Below are positions 30,454 through 40,600 of a stretch of 64,000 nucleotides of DNA, in pieces (positions within the stretch are counted from its first letter, which is position 1; each line of letters starts with the position of its first letter). Location: the NCBI GenBank assembly GCA_963771325.1, contig CAVYTJ010000004.1:28740-92739 (forward strand), given 5' to 3'. Below the pieces are notes generated by a model. The model did not search any database. It was not told where the DNA came from and saw only the letters and a list, made by a program, of their open reading frames with translations. The DNA comes from an uncultured delta proteobacterium (lineage in GTDB: Bacteria > Desulfobacterota > Binatia > Binatales > Binataceae). Both the position numbers and the translations under genes were made by a program.

Positions 30454-31031
30454 TTACACGTCGAGGAACACGGTTTCGTTGTCGCCCTGCAACACGATAT
30501 CGAAGTGCAGGATAAACTCGGCCGCGCCGGCATCCGCGACGCGCGCGATCAGCGTGGCGCGGCGATCGATGGGCAGCGCGCTCAGGAGTGCATCGGTCTC
30601 GTTGAGCGGCTCGCCGGGAAAATAAATCCGCGTGACGAGCCGCTTTAAAAGTCCTCGCGCGAAAATAGACACGCTGATGTGTGGCGCCTGCGGCGCGCCA
30701 TCGCTGCCCGGCACCGGACCCGGCTTAACCGTGCGCAGGCGGAAGCGTCCGTCGGGGCCGGTGGCGACACGGCCAAAACCGTGAAGCTGGGATCGAGCGG
30801 CTTGGTCTCCTGAAGATCCTCCGGATGGTCATAACGGCCGGCGGCGTTCGCCTGCCACACCTCGATCATCGCGTCGCTGACCGCCGCGCCGTCACCGTCG
30901 AGCACGCGCCCCTCGATCGCGACGCGTTCGCCAGACGCGCCGCGCGCGGCAAGATCGTTCCATCCTTCATGCAGCAGTGCGCGATGGAAAAACGGGCCGA
31001 TAGTTTGCGACGGCGTCGCGCGGCAAGTCAT
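30454..31031 (-). CDS. pcaG: protocatechuate 3,4-dioxygenase alpha subunit, interrupted by a 1-nt frameshift near 30776
   Basis: N-terminal part (30645-31031: TPSQTIGPFFHRAL…EVWQANAAGRYDHPEDL…LDPSF) and C-terminal part (30454-30714: …PHISVSIFARGLLKRLVTRIYFPGE…FDIVLQGDNETVFLDV) lie in different frames. One extra G at ttcacgg|ttttgg restores …LDPSFTGFGRVATGPDGRFRL…. The start overlaps pcaH's stop as ATGA. Confidence 0.8.
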
Positions 31032-31747
31032 TTCGCGCCTCCGTCGCGTTCCAGCGGCGTCGGGACGCGGCCGCGCAGCACTATATCGAAACGATAGCCC
31101 AGCGCGCGTTCGGGCACGGTCGCCTCGATATCAAACGCACAGACGAGCCGCTCGCGCGCCGCCGGATCGGGCACGCTCAGGTAGATCGGATCGAGTTTGA
31201 GCAGCGGATCGCCGGGGAAATACATCTGCGTGATGAGGCGGGTCGCGAAGCCGGGGCCAAAGAGGCTGAAATGGATATGCTGCGGACGCCACGCGTTGAA
31301 GTGATTTTTCCACGGATATGCGGCCGGCTTGATAGTGGCGAAGCGATAGACGCCGTCGGCACCGGTCGCCACGCGGCCCACGCCGGAAAAATGCGGATCG
31401 AGCGGCGCGTCGTGCTGATCGACGTCGTGCGCGTAGCGGCCTGCCGCGTTCGCCTGCCAGATCTCGACCAGCGCGTTGGAGACCGGACGCCCGTCCTCGT
31501 CGAGCACGCGGCCGGTCACGACGATACGCTCGCCCAGCGCCTCGCCGCCGGCAAAGTGCGTGAGATCGGCGTCGCCGCCACGCACCAGTTCGGCGCCGAA
31601 ACGCGGCCCCGTGATCTCGGAGAGCGTATGCGCGATCCGAATCTGCGGGCGTTTTGGCGCCCGTTTGTGCGTACTCGTATAAGCACCGTGGTCGTAGGGC
31701 GGATCGACTCCCTCCGCCGTGCGCCGGTAGCCCGGGAGCGTGCTCAT
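31028..31747 (-). CDS. pcaH: protocatechuate 3,4-dioxygenase beta subunit
   Basis: 239 aa. …EIWQANAAGRYAH…YPWKNHFNAWRPQHIHFSLFGPGFATRLITQMYFPGDPL… carries the intradiol dioxygenase Tyr/His ligands. Confidence 0.9.
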   Translation of the reverse strand: MSTLPGYRRTAEGVDPPYDHGAYTSTHKRAPKRPQIRIAHTLSEITGPRFGAELVRGGDADLTHFAGGEALGERIVVTGRVLDEDGRPVSNALVEIWQANAAGRYAHDVDQHDAPLDPHFSGVGRVATGADGVYRFATIKPAAYPWKNHFNAWRPQHIHFSLFGPGFATRLITQMYFPGDPLLKLDPIYLSVPDPAARERLVCAFDIEATVPERALGYRFDIVLRGRVPTPLERDGGAK

Positions 31748-32947
31748 TTCAGCTCTCCTTTTGGCTCGGCCTGCGCCGTCTCCATCGCGGCTTCAACGTC
31801 GTGAGCATAGAGCCAGCTGCGCGAGCCGAGCCCGCTTAGCGCAGAGGAAAGGTTGGCGTCGCGCATGCGCTGCTCCTCGCCATCGGGCATATGAAACATC
31901 ACGGCGTTGTTCCGCGAACCGAGCTGGCATTGGGAAGTGCGCGGCTTGCGAATCGCTTCGTAGCGGCGAAGCGCGGCGAGCAACGCCGCCGTTGTCCACT
32001 GCGCCAAGGCATTTGGCCAGCACCGCGGCGTCCTCGATCGACTGCACCGCGCCCTGCGCCATGAACGGCAGCATCGCATGCGCCGCATCGCCGAGCAGCG
32101 CGACGCGCCCGACTGCCCATGTATCGAGCGGGTCGCGATCGTACAGCGCCCAGCGGTTGGTGATGTCTGCGGCGGCGATGATCTCGCGCACCTGGCGATG
32201 CCATCCCTCGAACTTTGCCAGTGCGTCGGCGATCTCGCCCTTCGCCGTCCACGACTCGACACGCCATTCGTCGGGGACGACACCAACCCAATTGACGTAG
32301 CGGCCGGCGCCGACGAAGTAGTGTACGAAATGGCGGTTCGGCCCAACCCATAAGTTCGACTTGGGCTCCATCCCGAGATGGGCGAGACGCGCGGCCGGCA
32401 CCAGCCCGCGGTAAGCGACGTTGCCCGAAAAGCGCGGCGACTCGGGACCAAGGATGGCGCCGCGCACCGCGGAATGAATTCCGTCGGCCCCGATTATCGC
32501 GTCGGCTTCGGCAATCGAACCGTCGTGGAAGCTTGCCTCGACGCGGTCATGACGCTCGGCAACGCCGACGCATCGATGGCCGAGATGGATGCGTTTCGAC
32601 GGCACTGCGGCGGCGAGCACCGCCAGCAGATCCGCGCGATGAAAATGATAGTAGGGCGCGCCGAAAAGCCGAACGCATTCGTCGCCGAGCGGCGACTGCA
32701 TCAGGACGCGGCCGTCGTCCCAACGCAGGAACTCGAACGTAAGCGGCCGCACCCCGATCCGCTCGAGCGCTTCGCTCAGTCCGAGGCGATACAGGATGCG
32801 CGTTGCGTTGGGGCTTATCTGAATGCCGGCGCCGACTTCGTGCAGCTCCGGGGCTTGCTCGAAGACCTCGACGTCGATCCCGGCGCGAATCAGCGTGAGC
32901 GCCGCCGTCAGGCCTCCAATTCCGCCTCCGACAACTATGATTCGCAT
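31744..32947 (-). CDS. FAD-dependent aromatic monooxygenase (salicylate/3-hydroxybenzoate hydroxylase-like), C-terminus shifted by a 1-nt indel near 31975
   Basis: MRIIVVGGGIGGLTAALTL…; DAAHAMLPFMAQGAVQSIEDAAVLAKCL, then the frame is lost. The conserved tail LAALRRYEAIRKPRTSQCQLGSRNNAVMFHMPDGEE…WLYAHDV is encoded in the overlapping ORF 31744-32451. Removing one C in ctcgc|cgcgc fuses them. Confidence 0.8.
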
Positions 32948-32966
32948 GCTTCACCTGCCTTTGTGA

Positions 32967-34691
32967 TCATAGCGGGCGGCAAATCACATTGAGCACCGCC
33001 TGGCGGCGCTCTTCGCGCACCGCGCGCAGCGCGCGCCCCAGTGCCGCAGGCAGTTCCTTCGGATCGCTCACCGCCTCGCCGTGGCCCCCATAGGCCTGCG
33101 CGAACATCTCGTACGCCGGCTGCATCCCGAATCGCACGAACGGCATCTCGCCGGTGCGCATCGACCATCCTTCGGGATGCACGTCATGGACGGCGCGATG
33201 CACCGCGCCCCATCCGCCGTTGTTCGCGACGATCGTCAAGGTCGGCAGTCCCAGCGTCGCCGAAGCCAGATGGCACGCGCTCGGCACGCTGAAGATGTAG
33301 CTGCCGTCCCCGACTACCGCGACCACCGTCTTGTCGGGCGCGCCCAGCTTGACGCCCAGCGCCGCACCCACGCCCCATCCGAGATAGCCCGCGGTCGAGT
33401 GGCCGAACTGCGTGCCGGGACGGTCGAGAGTGATATGGCGCAGGCTCAAATCGTACTCGTTGATGAAGACCATCCGCTCGTCGCGCACGCGGTCCAGACA
33501 GTGGGCGAGCCATTCGAGCGTGATGTGCTGATGCTTCGCGGCTGCCTCGATCTCCGCCTGCGCCGTCGCGATTAGACGCCGATGCTGCTCGGCGATTCGC
33601 GCCGCGCGTTTCTCGATCGCTCCCTGACGCGCCGCGCGCATCGCGGCGAGCGCCTCGGTCAGCATCGGGAGCGCCACGGCAGAATCGGCCTGCACCGCGA
33701 GATCGGACGGGAATCCCCAGATGGGGTAGCGATCGTAAATCGGGTTGACGCCGAGATGGACGACCTTCGCCCCGGCGCCCGGACTGCGCAGATGCGGAAT
33801 CCACGGAACGTCGGTATCGATCACGACGATGAGATCCGTGTCGTCGAGGTAAGGCGCGGGATCGTAGCCGAGATGCAGTGGATGGTTGTTGGGAAAGTTG
33901 ACGTATGCGGGATTGGGATGCTCGACCACCGGCAGCGCGAACGACTCGGCCAGCGCGACCAGACTCGCAACCGCCGCCGGATTGCGCCCCAGCATGCGCG
34001 TGACGATGAGCGGCCGCTCGGCGTCCGCGATCAGCCGCGCTATCGCGGCCAGCGCCTCGGGCGACGGCGCCGGCGGCATCACCGGCGGCTCGAGTCCTTT
34101 GGGCGAGTAGCTGAATTCGCGATTAGCCTCGGCCAGCACCTCGCGCGGCAGGCTCAAATAGACGGGGCCGCGCGGCTCCGCCATCGCGACCGTAAACGCG
34201 CGGCGCATCACGGCTTCGAGCTGCTCGAAATTTCGCAACTCGTAGTCCCACTTGACGAACTCGCGCACGATCGAGCCCTGATCGAACGACTCCTGGCCCC
34301 AATGGATCAGCGTGTCGCGGCTGCCGGGCATCCCCGCCTCGGTAAGCGGCGTGCGGCCGGCGCACAGCACCAGCGGCACGTTCGAGCGATACGCGTTCAT
34401 CAGCGCGCCGAGCGCGTTGGCCGTGCCGGGCGTGGTATGGACCATCGCCACCGCCGGCTCGCCGGTCACCAGGTAGTAGCCGTGCGCCATGCTGACGGCG
34501 CAGCACTCGTGCGCGACCATCATCGCGCGCGGCGCAGCCTTGCCGTCGACGATGCGTTTGGAAAACGCGTCGATGATCGAGGCGAAATCCGTGCCCGCAT
34601 TGCCGATCAGATACCGCACGCCCAGCGCTTCGAGCATTTCGAGGAAGGCCTGCGCGGTGTTCTCGACCGCAACCGTCTTGCGTGTGCTCAT
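32967..34691 (-). CDS. thiamine-pyrophosphate-dependent enzyme (benzoylformate decarboxylase / acetolactate synthase large-subunit-like)
   Basis: TPP_enzyme_N/M/C architecture with the TPP-Mg motif GDGSYIFSVPSACHLASATLGLPTLTIVANNGGWG. First gene of the aromatic operon; ATG MSTRKTVAV. Confidence 0.8.
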   Translation of the reverse strand: MSTRKTVAVENTAQAFLEMLEALGVRYLIGNAGTDFASIIDAFSKRIVDGKAAPRAMMVAHECCAVSMAHGYYLVTGEPAVAMVHTTPGTANALGALMNAYRSNVPLVLCAGRTPLTEAGMPGSRDTLIHWGQESFDQGSIVREFVKWDYELRNFEQLEAVMRRAFTVAMAEPRGPVYLSLPREVLAEANREFSYSPKGLEPPVMPPAPSPEALAAIARLIADAERPLIVTRMLGRNPAAVASLVALAESFALPVVEHPNPAYVNFPNNHPLHLGYDPAPYLDDTDLIVVIDTDVPWIPHLRSPGAGAKVVHLGVNPIYDRYPIWGFPSDLAVQADSAVALPMLTEALAAMRAARQGAIEKRAARIAEQHRRLIATAQAEIEAAAKHQHITLEWLAHCLDRVRDERMVFINEYDLSLRHITLDRPGTQFGHSTAGYLGWGVGAALGVKLGAPDKTVVAVVGDGSYIFSVPSACHLASATLGLPTLTIVANNGGWGAVHRAVHDVHPEGWSMRTGEMPFVRFGMQPAYEMFAQAYGGHGEAVSDPKELPAALGRALRAVREERRQAVLNVICRPL

Positions 34692-34888
34692 CGTGATCGC
34701 CTGCGCCTCCAGGTATTCGATAGCGCGTCCCGCGCCGGGAAAAAAGCATACCCCGGTGTGGCCGCGCTTGCGACCCATCGGCGGCGCGCGGCTTTCGATG
34801 GCGACGCTTTTCGATGCGCGAAGCTTTCAATGCAGAGACCTTTCAATGCGCGTCGCGTTGGATGGAAGATTGCGCCAAGATCGCGACA

Positions 34889-36234
34889 TGACGCGCCGTA
34901 TCACGGTCCCGCGCGGCTCTACGCGCTACGCGCGTTCTCGCGCGCGCAATCCTGGTGGCGCTCGCTCTAGCGACGGCTTCCATGGCCTGCGTCGCCTCCC
35001 CTGCCCTCGCCGATTCATCCGCGCCGAATTGGCGAACAATCGTGCTCAAGGGCGCCGCAATGCCGCAACTCGTCGGCAGCCGGAGAGCCATCTTGAGGTG
35101 CTCGCGCTGCATGACGGACGCCTGGCGCCCATTCCTTTCCAGGTCGATGAGGTCCTGCCTGATGGCCGTTACGCGCTGCCCGACGGGCCCGAGCCGTTGT
35201 CCAGCGACAGCCCCGGAATTCTCGACCGCGACGATGAAATCGCGATGATGCTTTCCGACTTTGGCGATCGCGCATCGTCACCGCCGCGCGAACTTCCTCC
35301 CGATGCGCTCGAGATCGAAACGGTCGACGCCGCGAGCGGTGCGCACCGGTATGCGTATATCGCGGCCGTTCCTTCGCCGCATCTCAGCCCCGCTTCCTAC
35401 GTCAGCTACGATCCGGCCCACAGCACTATCGAGGGTGGAAGTTACCGGATGACGTTTCGCGGCGATTTTCCGATCGGCCTCGCGCTGAAGGACGGCCGCG
35501 GCAAACTCTCGCCGAGTCTCATCGAGGGCTCTCAGGTGCAGGTGACGGCGCGAGTGCTGAGGCTGTTCAGGCTGCGGTTCAGCGCCAACGGGGTGACGAA
35601 TCGCGTGCTGGCGTGGCACAGCGGTCCGATCCGGCTTATCCGGCGCGTGAGCCATTCGGTGAAGCTGATCTTCGGAGTCAAATCGCCGCCCGTGCTCAGC
35701 GAAGAGATCTTCTACCGCGATCGTGCGGAGGATTCCTTCACCGCGCGAGTGCTATGGCTGCCGCGCCTGTTCTTCAGCGACGTTCGAGTGCGCACGTGGC
35801 TCGATTTCGTCGGGCTCGATGGTTTCGCGCTCTCGTGGACGGGGATGGAATGGCAGCCGTTGGAGCCCGGGACCAGGAGTGCTCTGGCAGCAGAGGTTTC
35901 GAGCGATCCGCCGGAGATTAAATGGCTCGCGATTAAGGGCGGCGGCAAGGTCGTGATGCAGACTTTCGCGCCGTCACCTGATTTCGCGACACTTCAGCGC
36001 CGGCTTTACTATTGCGACGGGGCGGCGGCGGATGCTTCGCGGCAAGCGCCTTCGGACTGCGAGGGCGCCGCGCTGCAAATCGGATACTTGATGACCGGAT
36101 GGGAAAATCTCGCGCCCGGAGTCCATCGAGTAAATTCGATACTGATGATTCTGCCCGCGAGCGCCGAGCCGGACGTTGTCGCGCGTGAGCTTGAGATCGC
36201 GCCGGTCGTGAGCGTCCGCCCGATGCGACGCTAG
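34889..36234 (+). CDS. hypothetical secreted protein; N-terminal 200 nt appears split over two frames
   Basis: Frame 1 (MTRRITVPRGSTRYAR…, then from about 35075 SHLEVLALHDGRLAPIPFQVDEVLPDGRYALPDG… to 36234) is protein-like. Between about 34940 and 35070 frame 2 encodes a textbook signal peptide, ILVALALATASMACVASPALA|DSSAPNW. No recognisable domain. Confidence 0.5.
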
Positions 36235-36244
36235 CCGGCGGTGC

Positions 36245-37363
36245 TCAGCGGATCGTTCCGAGCTGACGGAGCAGCGGCATGATCTCGCGCTCGAAGCGCA
36301 GCGTGTCCTCGTAGTATGAGAGAAACACCATCAGCACGCCGTCCATGCCCGAGCGGTAGATCCGGTCGAGGCCTTCGGCGACCTGCTCGCGGGTACCGAA
36401 GATCGGTAAGGCGCCGCCGCCAAGGGCAAACATCTCGAGCGTGAAGTTGTCGAACGAGCCGCTTTGGGGAAGCAGGCCGCGCGCCCAGTTTTCGGTGGCT
36501 TCGCGATCCATCTGTTCCAGGATGCGGCGGCGTTCCTCGTTGGCCTCGCGCTCGGTCTCGCGCCAGACCACGAACGGATAACAGCAACATCTGACGCTGC
36601 GTCCGTGGCGCGCGGCGCGCCCTTGAAAATCGGCGGTCAGCCCGGCACACGCTTCCAACGACGGCGGAGCGATAAAGGCCCAATCGCACAGGCGCGCAAC
36701 CAACTCGCGCGCCTCCTCCGAGACGCCGGCGTTGGCGATTGGCGGATGCGGTTTCTGGGTCGGCTGCGGCATCACCCATCCATCGCGAATCCGGTACCAC
36801 TTCGATTCGTGGTTGAAGGTGCCGGGCTCGCAGGTCCACAACCCCTTGATGATTTCGATATAGGCCGCGGTGCGCTCGTAGCGTTCGGTGTGCGGCAGGA
36901 CCTCGATCCCCATCATTCCGAACTCGCGCTCGCTCCATCCGCTGACCACGTTAAGGCCCCAGCGCCCTTTCCCGATATGGTCGAGCGTCGCGCCCGTCTT
37001 GGCTGCGACCAGCGGATGGAAGATCGGCACGTGCACGGTGGAGAAGACCTGGATGCGCTCGGTGGTTGCAAGCAGCGCGCCGGCCCAGGTCATGGTCTCG
37101 AGCGAGGTGCCGAGAAAATCGGTTTTGCCGCCATAGCCCTTCCACTTGGCCACCGGAAAAAGAAAATCGAACCCGGCGGCCTCGGCGGCGCGAGCGATCT
37201 GCGCGTTGGACTCGTAGGTCCAGTCGTCGGGCACCGGTTTGTACGTGCTAATCGAGTACGCGTTGCTGCAGTTGGGCATGAAGAGCCCGAGCCCCAGCGG
37301 CCCGCGTTGCTCTCGATCAAAGGCGCCCGGCGCTCCGGTCTCGGCTTGGCGAATCTCGCTCAT
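36245..37363 (-). CDS. LLM-class flavin/F420-dependent oxidoreductase (luciferase-like monooxygenase)
   Basis: 372-aa TIM-barrel LLM signature (…GFDFLFPVAKWKGYGG…RIQVFSTVHVPIFHPLVAAKTGATLDHIGKGRWGLNVVSGW…). Confidence 0.8.
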   Translation of the reverse strand: MSEIRQAETGAPGAFDREQRGPLGLGLFMPNCSNAYSISTYKPVPDDWTYESNAQIARAAEAAGFDFLFPVAKWKGYGGKTDFLGTSLETMTWAGALLATTERIQVFSTVHVPIFHPLVAAKTGATLDHIGKGRWGLNVVSGWSEREFGMMGIEVLPHTERYERTAAYIEIIKGLWTCEPGTFNHESKWYRIRDGWVMPQPTQKPHPPIANAGVSEEARELVARLCDWAFIAPPSLEACAGLTADFQGRAARHGRSVRCCCYPFVVWRETEREANEERRRILEQMDREATENWARGLLPQSGSFDNFTLEMFALGGGALPIFGTREQVAEGLDRIYRSGMDGVLMVFLSYYEDTLRFEREIMPLLRQLGTIR

Positions 37364-37385
37364 CGCTTACTCACTCTTCGTGGCT

Positions 37386-37961
37386 CTAACTAACCTTGGC
37401 GAGCAGGTTGGCCATATCGTCGGCGTGCTCCTCTTCGGTCTTGAGGATGTCCTCCATGAGGCGGCGCGTGGTCATGTCGTCATCGCCGAGCCATCGTATG
37501 ATCTCGGAATAGGATTCGATCGCGACGCGTTCGGCGATCAGGTCCTCCTGGATCATCGTAATCAGGTTGCTATGACGGCCGTACTCGGAATGGCTGCGTT
37601 CCGGCAGGCCCTTGGGATCAAAGTTGGGCTCGCCGCCGAGCTGGGTGATCCGTTCCGCGACCCAATCCGCATGCTGCTGCTCTTCGCCCGCGTGCTGGAG
37701 AAACTCGGCCCGCGCCGGCTCCGCGTCGAGCCCTTTGGAAAAGTAGAAATGCGACTTGTAACGCAGGATGCAGACGATCTCGGTCGCGAGCACGTCGTTG
37801 AGCACCTTGATGACCTGCGCGCGGTCGGCGCGATAGCTTTCGGTGACGGCGCCGGACTGCATGTGCCGGCGCGCGCGCTCGCGCATCTTCTTTACGTCGG
37901 CGACGAAACGCTGTGGCGTAGCTTTGGCTGATTTTTTTTGTACTGCCATCGCGCTCTCCAA
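37386..37961 (-). CDS. bacterioferritin-like ferritin-superfamily diiron protein
   Basis: Four-helix-bundle ferritin ligand pattern (…LATEIVCILRYKSH…; …EQQHADWVAERI…; …AERVAIESYSEII…; …EEEHADDMANLL). Confidence 0.65.
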   Translation of the reverse strand: MESAMAVQKKSAKATPQRFVADVKKMRERARRHMQSGAVTESYRADRAQVIKVLNDVLATEIVCILRYKSHFYFSKGLDAEPARAEFLQHAGEEQQHADWVAERITQLGGEPNFDPKGLPERSHSEYGRHSNLITMIQEDLIAERVAIESYSEIIRWLGDDDMTTRRLMEDILKTEEEHADDMANLLAKVS

Positions 37962-38049
37962 GTGAAAACTCGCTCGATGCTATCGCACTTTCCCTGCTTA
38001 GCGCGTCCCGGGCACACCGGAAAAGGTTCAGACGGCAGCCGGCTCCTCG

Positions 38050-39051
38050 CTAGGCGATTGCAAGTCGCTCGATCGCGCGCAGGATCCGGGCACGCCGCTC
38101 CTTGGGATCGGGCGCGAACGATTCCGGCTCCAACGCCGTCGCGGTCACGCCCGCCTTCGCGTATTCGGCAAGCCGCGCGCGGCATTGGTCGACGCTGCCG
38201 AAGACGTAAATCTCCTCCAGCATCCGGTCCGGCACCGCGGCCAGCGCGGCCTTGCGATCGCCCGCGTTCCAGGCCTCGGCGGCGGTCGTGGCCTCGCGGT
38301 CGAAGCCGATCTCGCGGAAGAAATTGTTGTACTGCGGCACCGTCATGTAGGCGGTCAGATGGCGGCGCAGTTCGGCGCGCAGCGCGTCGCTGTCTTCATC
38401 GACCGCGACGAAGATGCGGCAGACGACGTCGAGCGGCGCGCTCACGTCCTTGCCGGCGGCGCGCTGGCCCTCGCGCACATGTGCGATCATCGCGGGCAGG
38501 GTCGCCGGCGTGATGAAGTTGGTGATAAGGCCGTCGGCGATCTCGCCCACCAGGCGAAGCATCTTCGCGCCCTGCGCGCCGAGGTAGATCGGCGGCGGCG
38601 TGTCCAGCGTGACGTTCATGCGAAAGCCGCTGACCTGCACGGTCTTGCCCTTGAGCGTGACCTTTTCGCCTTTGAACGCGCTGCGAATTGCGGCGACGGT
38701 TTCGCGCACCCGAGTCACCGGATGCTCGAACGGCACGCCCATCCACTGCTGCACAATCACCCGCGACGAGGTCCCGAGCCCCAGGATAAGCCGGCCGCCG
38801 GAAAGCTGCTGCACGGTCGCCGCCGACATCGCGATCAAACCCGGCGGCCGGGTGAAAACCGGCACGATCGCGGTGCCCAGCCGCATTTTGGGCGCGAGCA
38901 TCGCCGCCGCCGCGAGCGGGGCGAAGGCCTCGGTCGCATACGATTCGAACGACCATGCGTCGACGTAGCCGCAACGCTCGGCCGTGCGCACCAGGTCGAC
39001 GAAATGCTGGTTCTGAAAGGCTTCCAACGGGATTGTGATTCCCTGTCGCAT
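38050..39051 (-). CDS. LLM-class F420-dependent oxidoreductase
   Basis: MRQGITIPLEAFQNQHFVDLVRTAERCGYVDAWSFESY…LGLGTSS… is the typical LLM/F420 family start. A GGAGA RBS lies 5 nt upstream of the ATG at 39051. Confidence 0.8.
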   Translation of the reverse strand: MRQGITIPLEAFQNQHFVDLVRTAERCGYVDAWSFESYATEAFAPLAAAAMLAPKMRLGTAIVPVFTRPPGLIAMSAATVQQLSGGRLILGLGTSSRVIVQQWMGVPFEHPVTRVRETVAAIRSAFKGEKVTLKGKTVQVSGFRMNVTLDTPPPIYLGAQGAKMLRLVGEIADGLITNFITPATLPAMIAHVREGQRAAGKDVSAPLDVVCRIFVAVDEDSDALRAELRRHLTAYMTVPQYNNFFREIGFDREATTAAEAWNAGDRKAALAAVPDRMLEEIYVFGSVDQCRARLAEYAKAGVTATALEPESFAPDPKERRARILRAIERLAIA

Positions 39052-39310
39052 CGTTATCTCCAACTCCATTGCGCGCGCGTCAGATAGAGGTTGGCTCGTC
39101 GCGCGTCAGTCTTTATTACACGGCGGCGCGGGTCGAGGCCATGCGCCGGCGCGGATTAGCCGAACGCATCTCACGAACCTCGATATCGCGGGGTTATATG
39201 TGGCCGGCATCGCTGTACCACCTGGGCGAGCCGGTTTGCCGCTAAGCGGCGGCGCGAATAGGATGCGGCACTTGCGGCGCCGCTCCTCGGCGCCGCGCGA
39301 TGCGTAAACG

Positions 39311-40600
39311 ATGCGCGAGAGAGCTGACACTCAAAACGCCTACGCATCGGCCGGGACTCCCGGCCGGCGCGAGCGCTTCTCCGCGTTCGATCATGTTTTG
39401 CGCATCCTGCCGACCGAGCCGGATTCGCCGCAGGCCTGGATAATCGCGTTCGCCGCGTTTCTCTCGATGTTCACGTTGTTCGGAGTGGTCTACAGCTTCG
39501 GCGCCTTCGTCAAGCCGATGGCCGACGAGTTTCATTCCAGCCGCGCGGCAATCTCCGCGGTTTTCTCGATAACCGCCTTCATCTTTTTTATCTTCGGTGC
39601 CGCCGCCGGCCACATTTCGGATCGTATCGGGCCGCGTCCGGTGATGGTCGCGAGCGCGCTCTTCATGGGCGCCGGCCTCGTGTCGACCTCGCGGATCAGC
39701 AGTCTGTCGCTCAGCTATCTCACCTACGGCATCGGCGTCGGGATGGGAGTTGCCTGCGGATATGCTCCGATGGTGGCGGTGGTGAGCGGATGGTTCGTGC
39801 GCCGGCGCAACACGGCGCTCGGGATCGCGGTTTCGGGCATCGGCTTCGGCACGATCGTGGGCGCGCCGCTGGCCGCGAAGTGCATCCCGCTCTACGGATG
39901 GCGCGCCACTTACGTACTGTTTGGCGTGTTGAGCGCGGCGCTGCTGTTGCTCGCGGCCGCGCTGGCGAGGCGCTCGCCGATCGCGCGCAGCAGGAGCGGA
40001 CCCAGCACCGGCGAGGCGCTGCGGACGCCGGCCTTCATGCTGCTCTACGCGTCGTCGTTTCTGTGCTCGGTGCCGCTGTTCGTGCCGTTTGTATTTCTAC
40101 CCGCATTCGCGCGCGACCTCGGGGTAAGCGCGGTCGCGAGCGCCGCGCTGATCGGCGTAATCGGCATCGGCAGCGTATGCGGACGGCTGGGCCTCGGCAC
40201 GCTGGCGGACAGGCTGGGCCTGATTGGTCTCTATTTGCTGTGCTTTCTGCTACAGGCGCTGAGCTACGCCATCTGGCTTGGCGCGCATTCCTACCTGACG
40301 CTGGTGATCTTCGCGCTGGTGATCGGCACCGGCTACGGCGGTTACTCCGCGCTTGCGCCCACGGTGCTGGCGCAGTTCTTCGGCATCGGCAACCTCGGCG
40401 CGCTGGTGGGCACGCTTTACACCAGCAACGCGTTCGGCACGCTTATCGGACCGCCGCTCGCCGGCTTCATCATCGATCGCACGGGAGGCTACCGATGGGC
40501 TATCGCCGCGGCGCTCGCGATGGCGACCGCCGCGTTCCTGGTCCTGCTGCCGCTGCCGAACTGCGAGATTCCCGACGCCACGCCTCAGAAGATCGGGTGA
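39311..40600 (+). CDS. MFS transporter (oxalate/formate antiporter-like)
   Basis: 12 TM; MFS motifs GHISDRIGPRPVM and GRLGLGTLADRLG. Confidence 0.85.
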   Translation: MRERADTQNAYASAGTPGRRERFSAFDHVLRILPTEPDSPQAWIIAFAAFLSMFTLFGVVYSFGAFVKPMADEFHSSRAAISAVFSITAFIFFIFGAAAGHISDRIGPRPVMVASALFMGAGLVSTSRISSLSLSYLTYGIGVGMGVACGYAPMVAVVSGWFVRRRNTALGIAVSGIGFGTIVGAPLAAKCIPLYGWRATYVLFGVLSAALLLLAAALARRSPIARSRSGPSTGEALRTPAFMLLYASSFLCSVPLFVPFVFLPAFARDLGVSAVASAALIGVIGIGSVCGRLGLGTLADRLGLIGLYLLCFLLQALSYAIWLGAHSYLTLVIFALVIGTGYGGYSALAPTVLAQFFGIGNLGALVGTLYTSNAFGTLIGPPLAGFIIDRTGGYRWAIAAALAMATAAFLVLLPLPNCEIPDATPQKIG

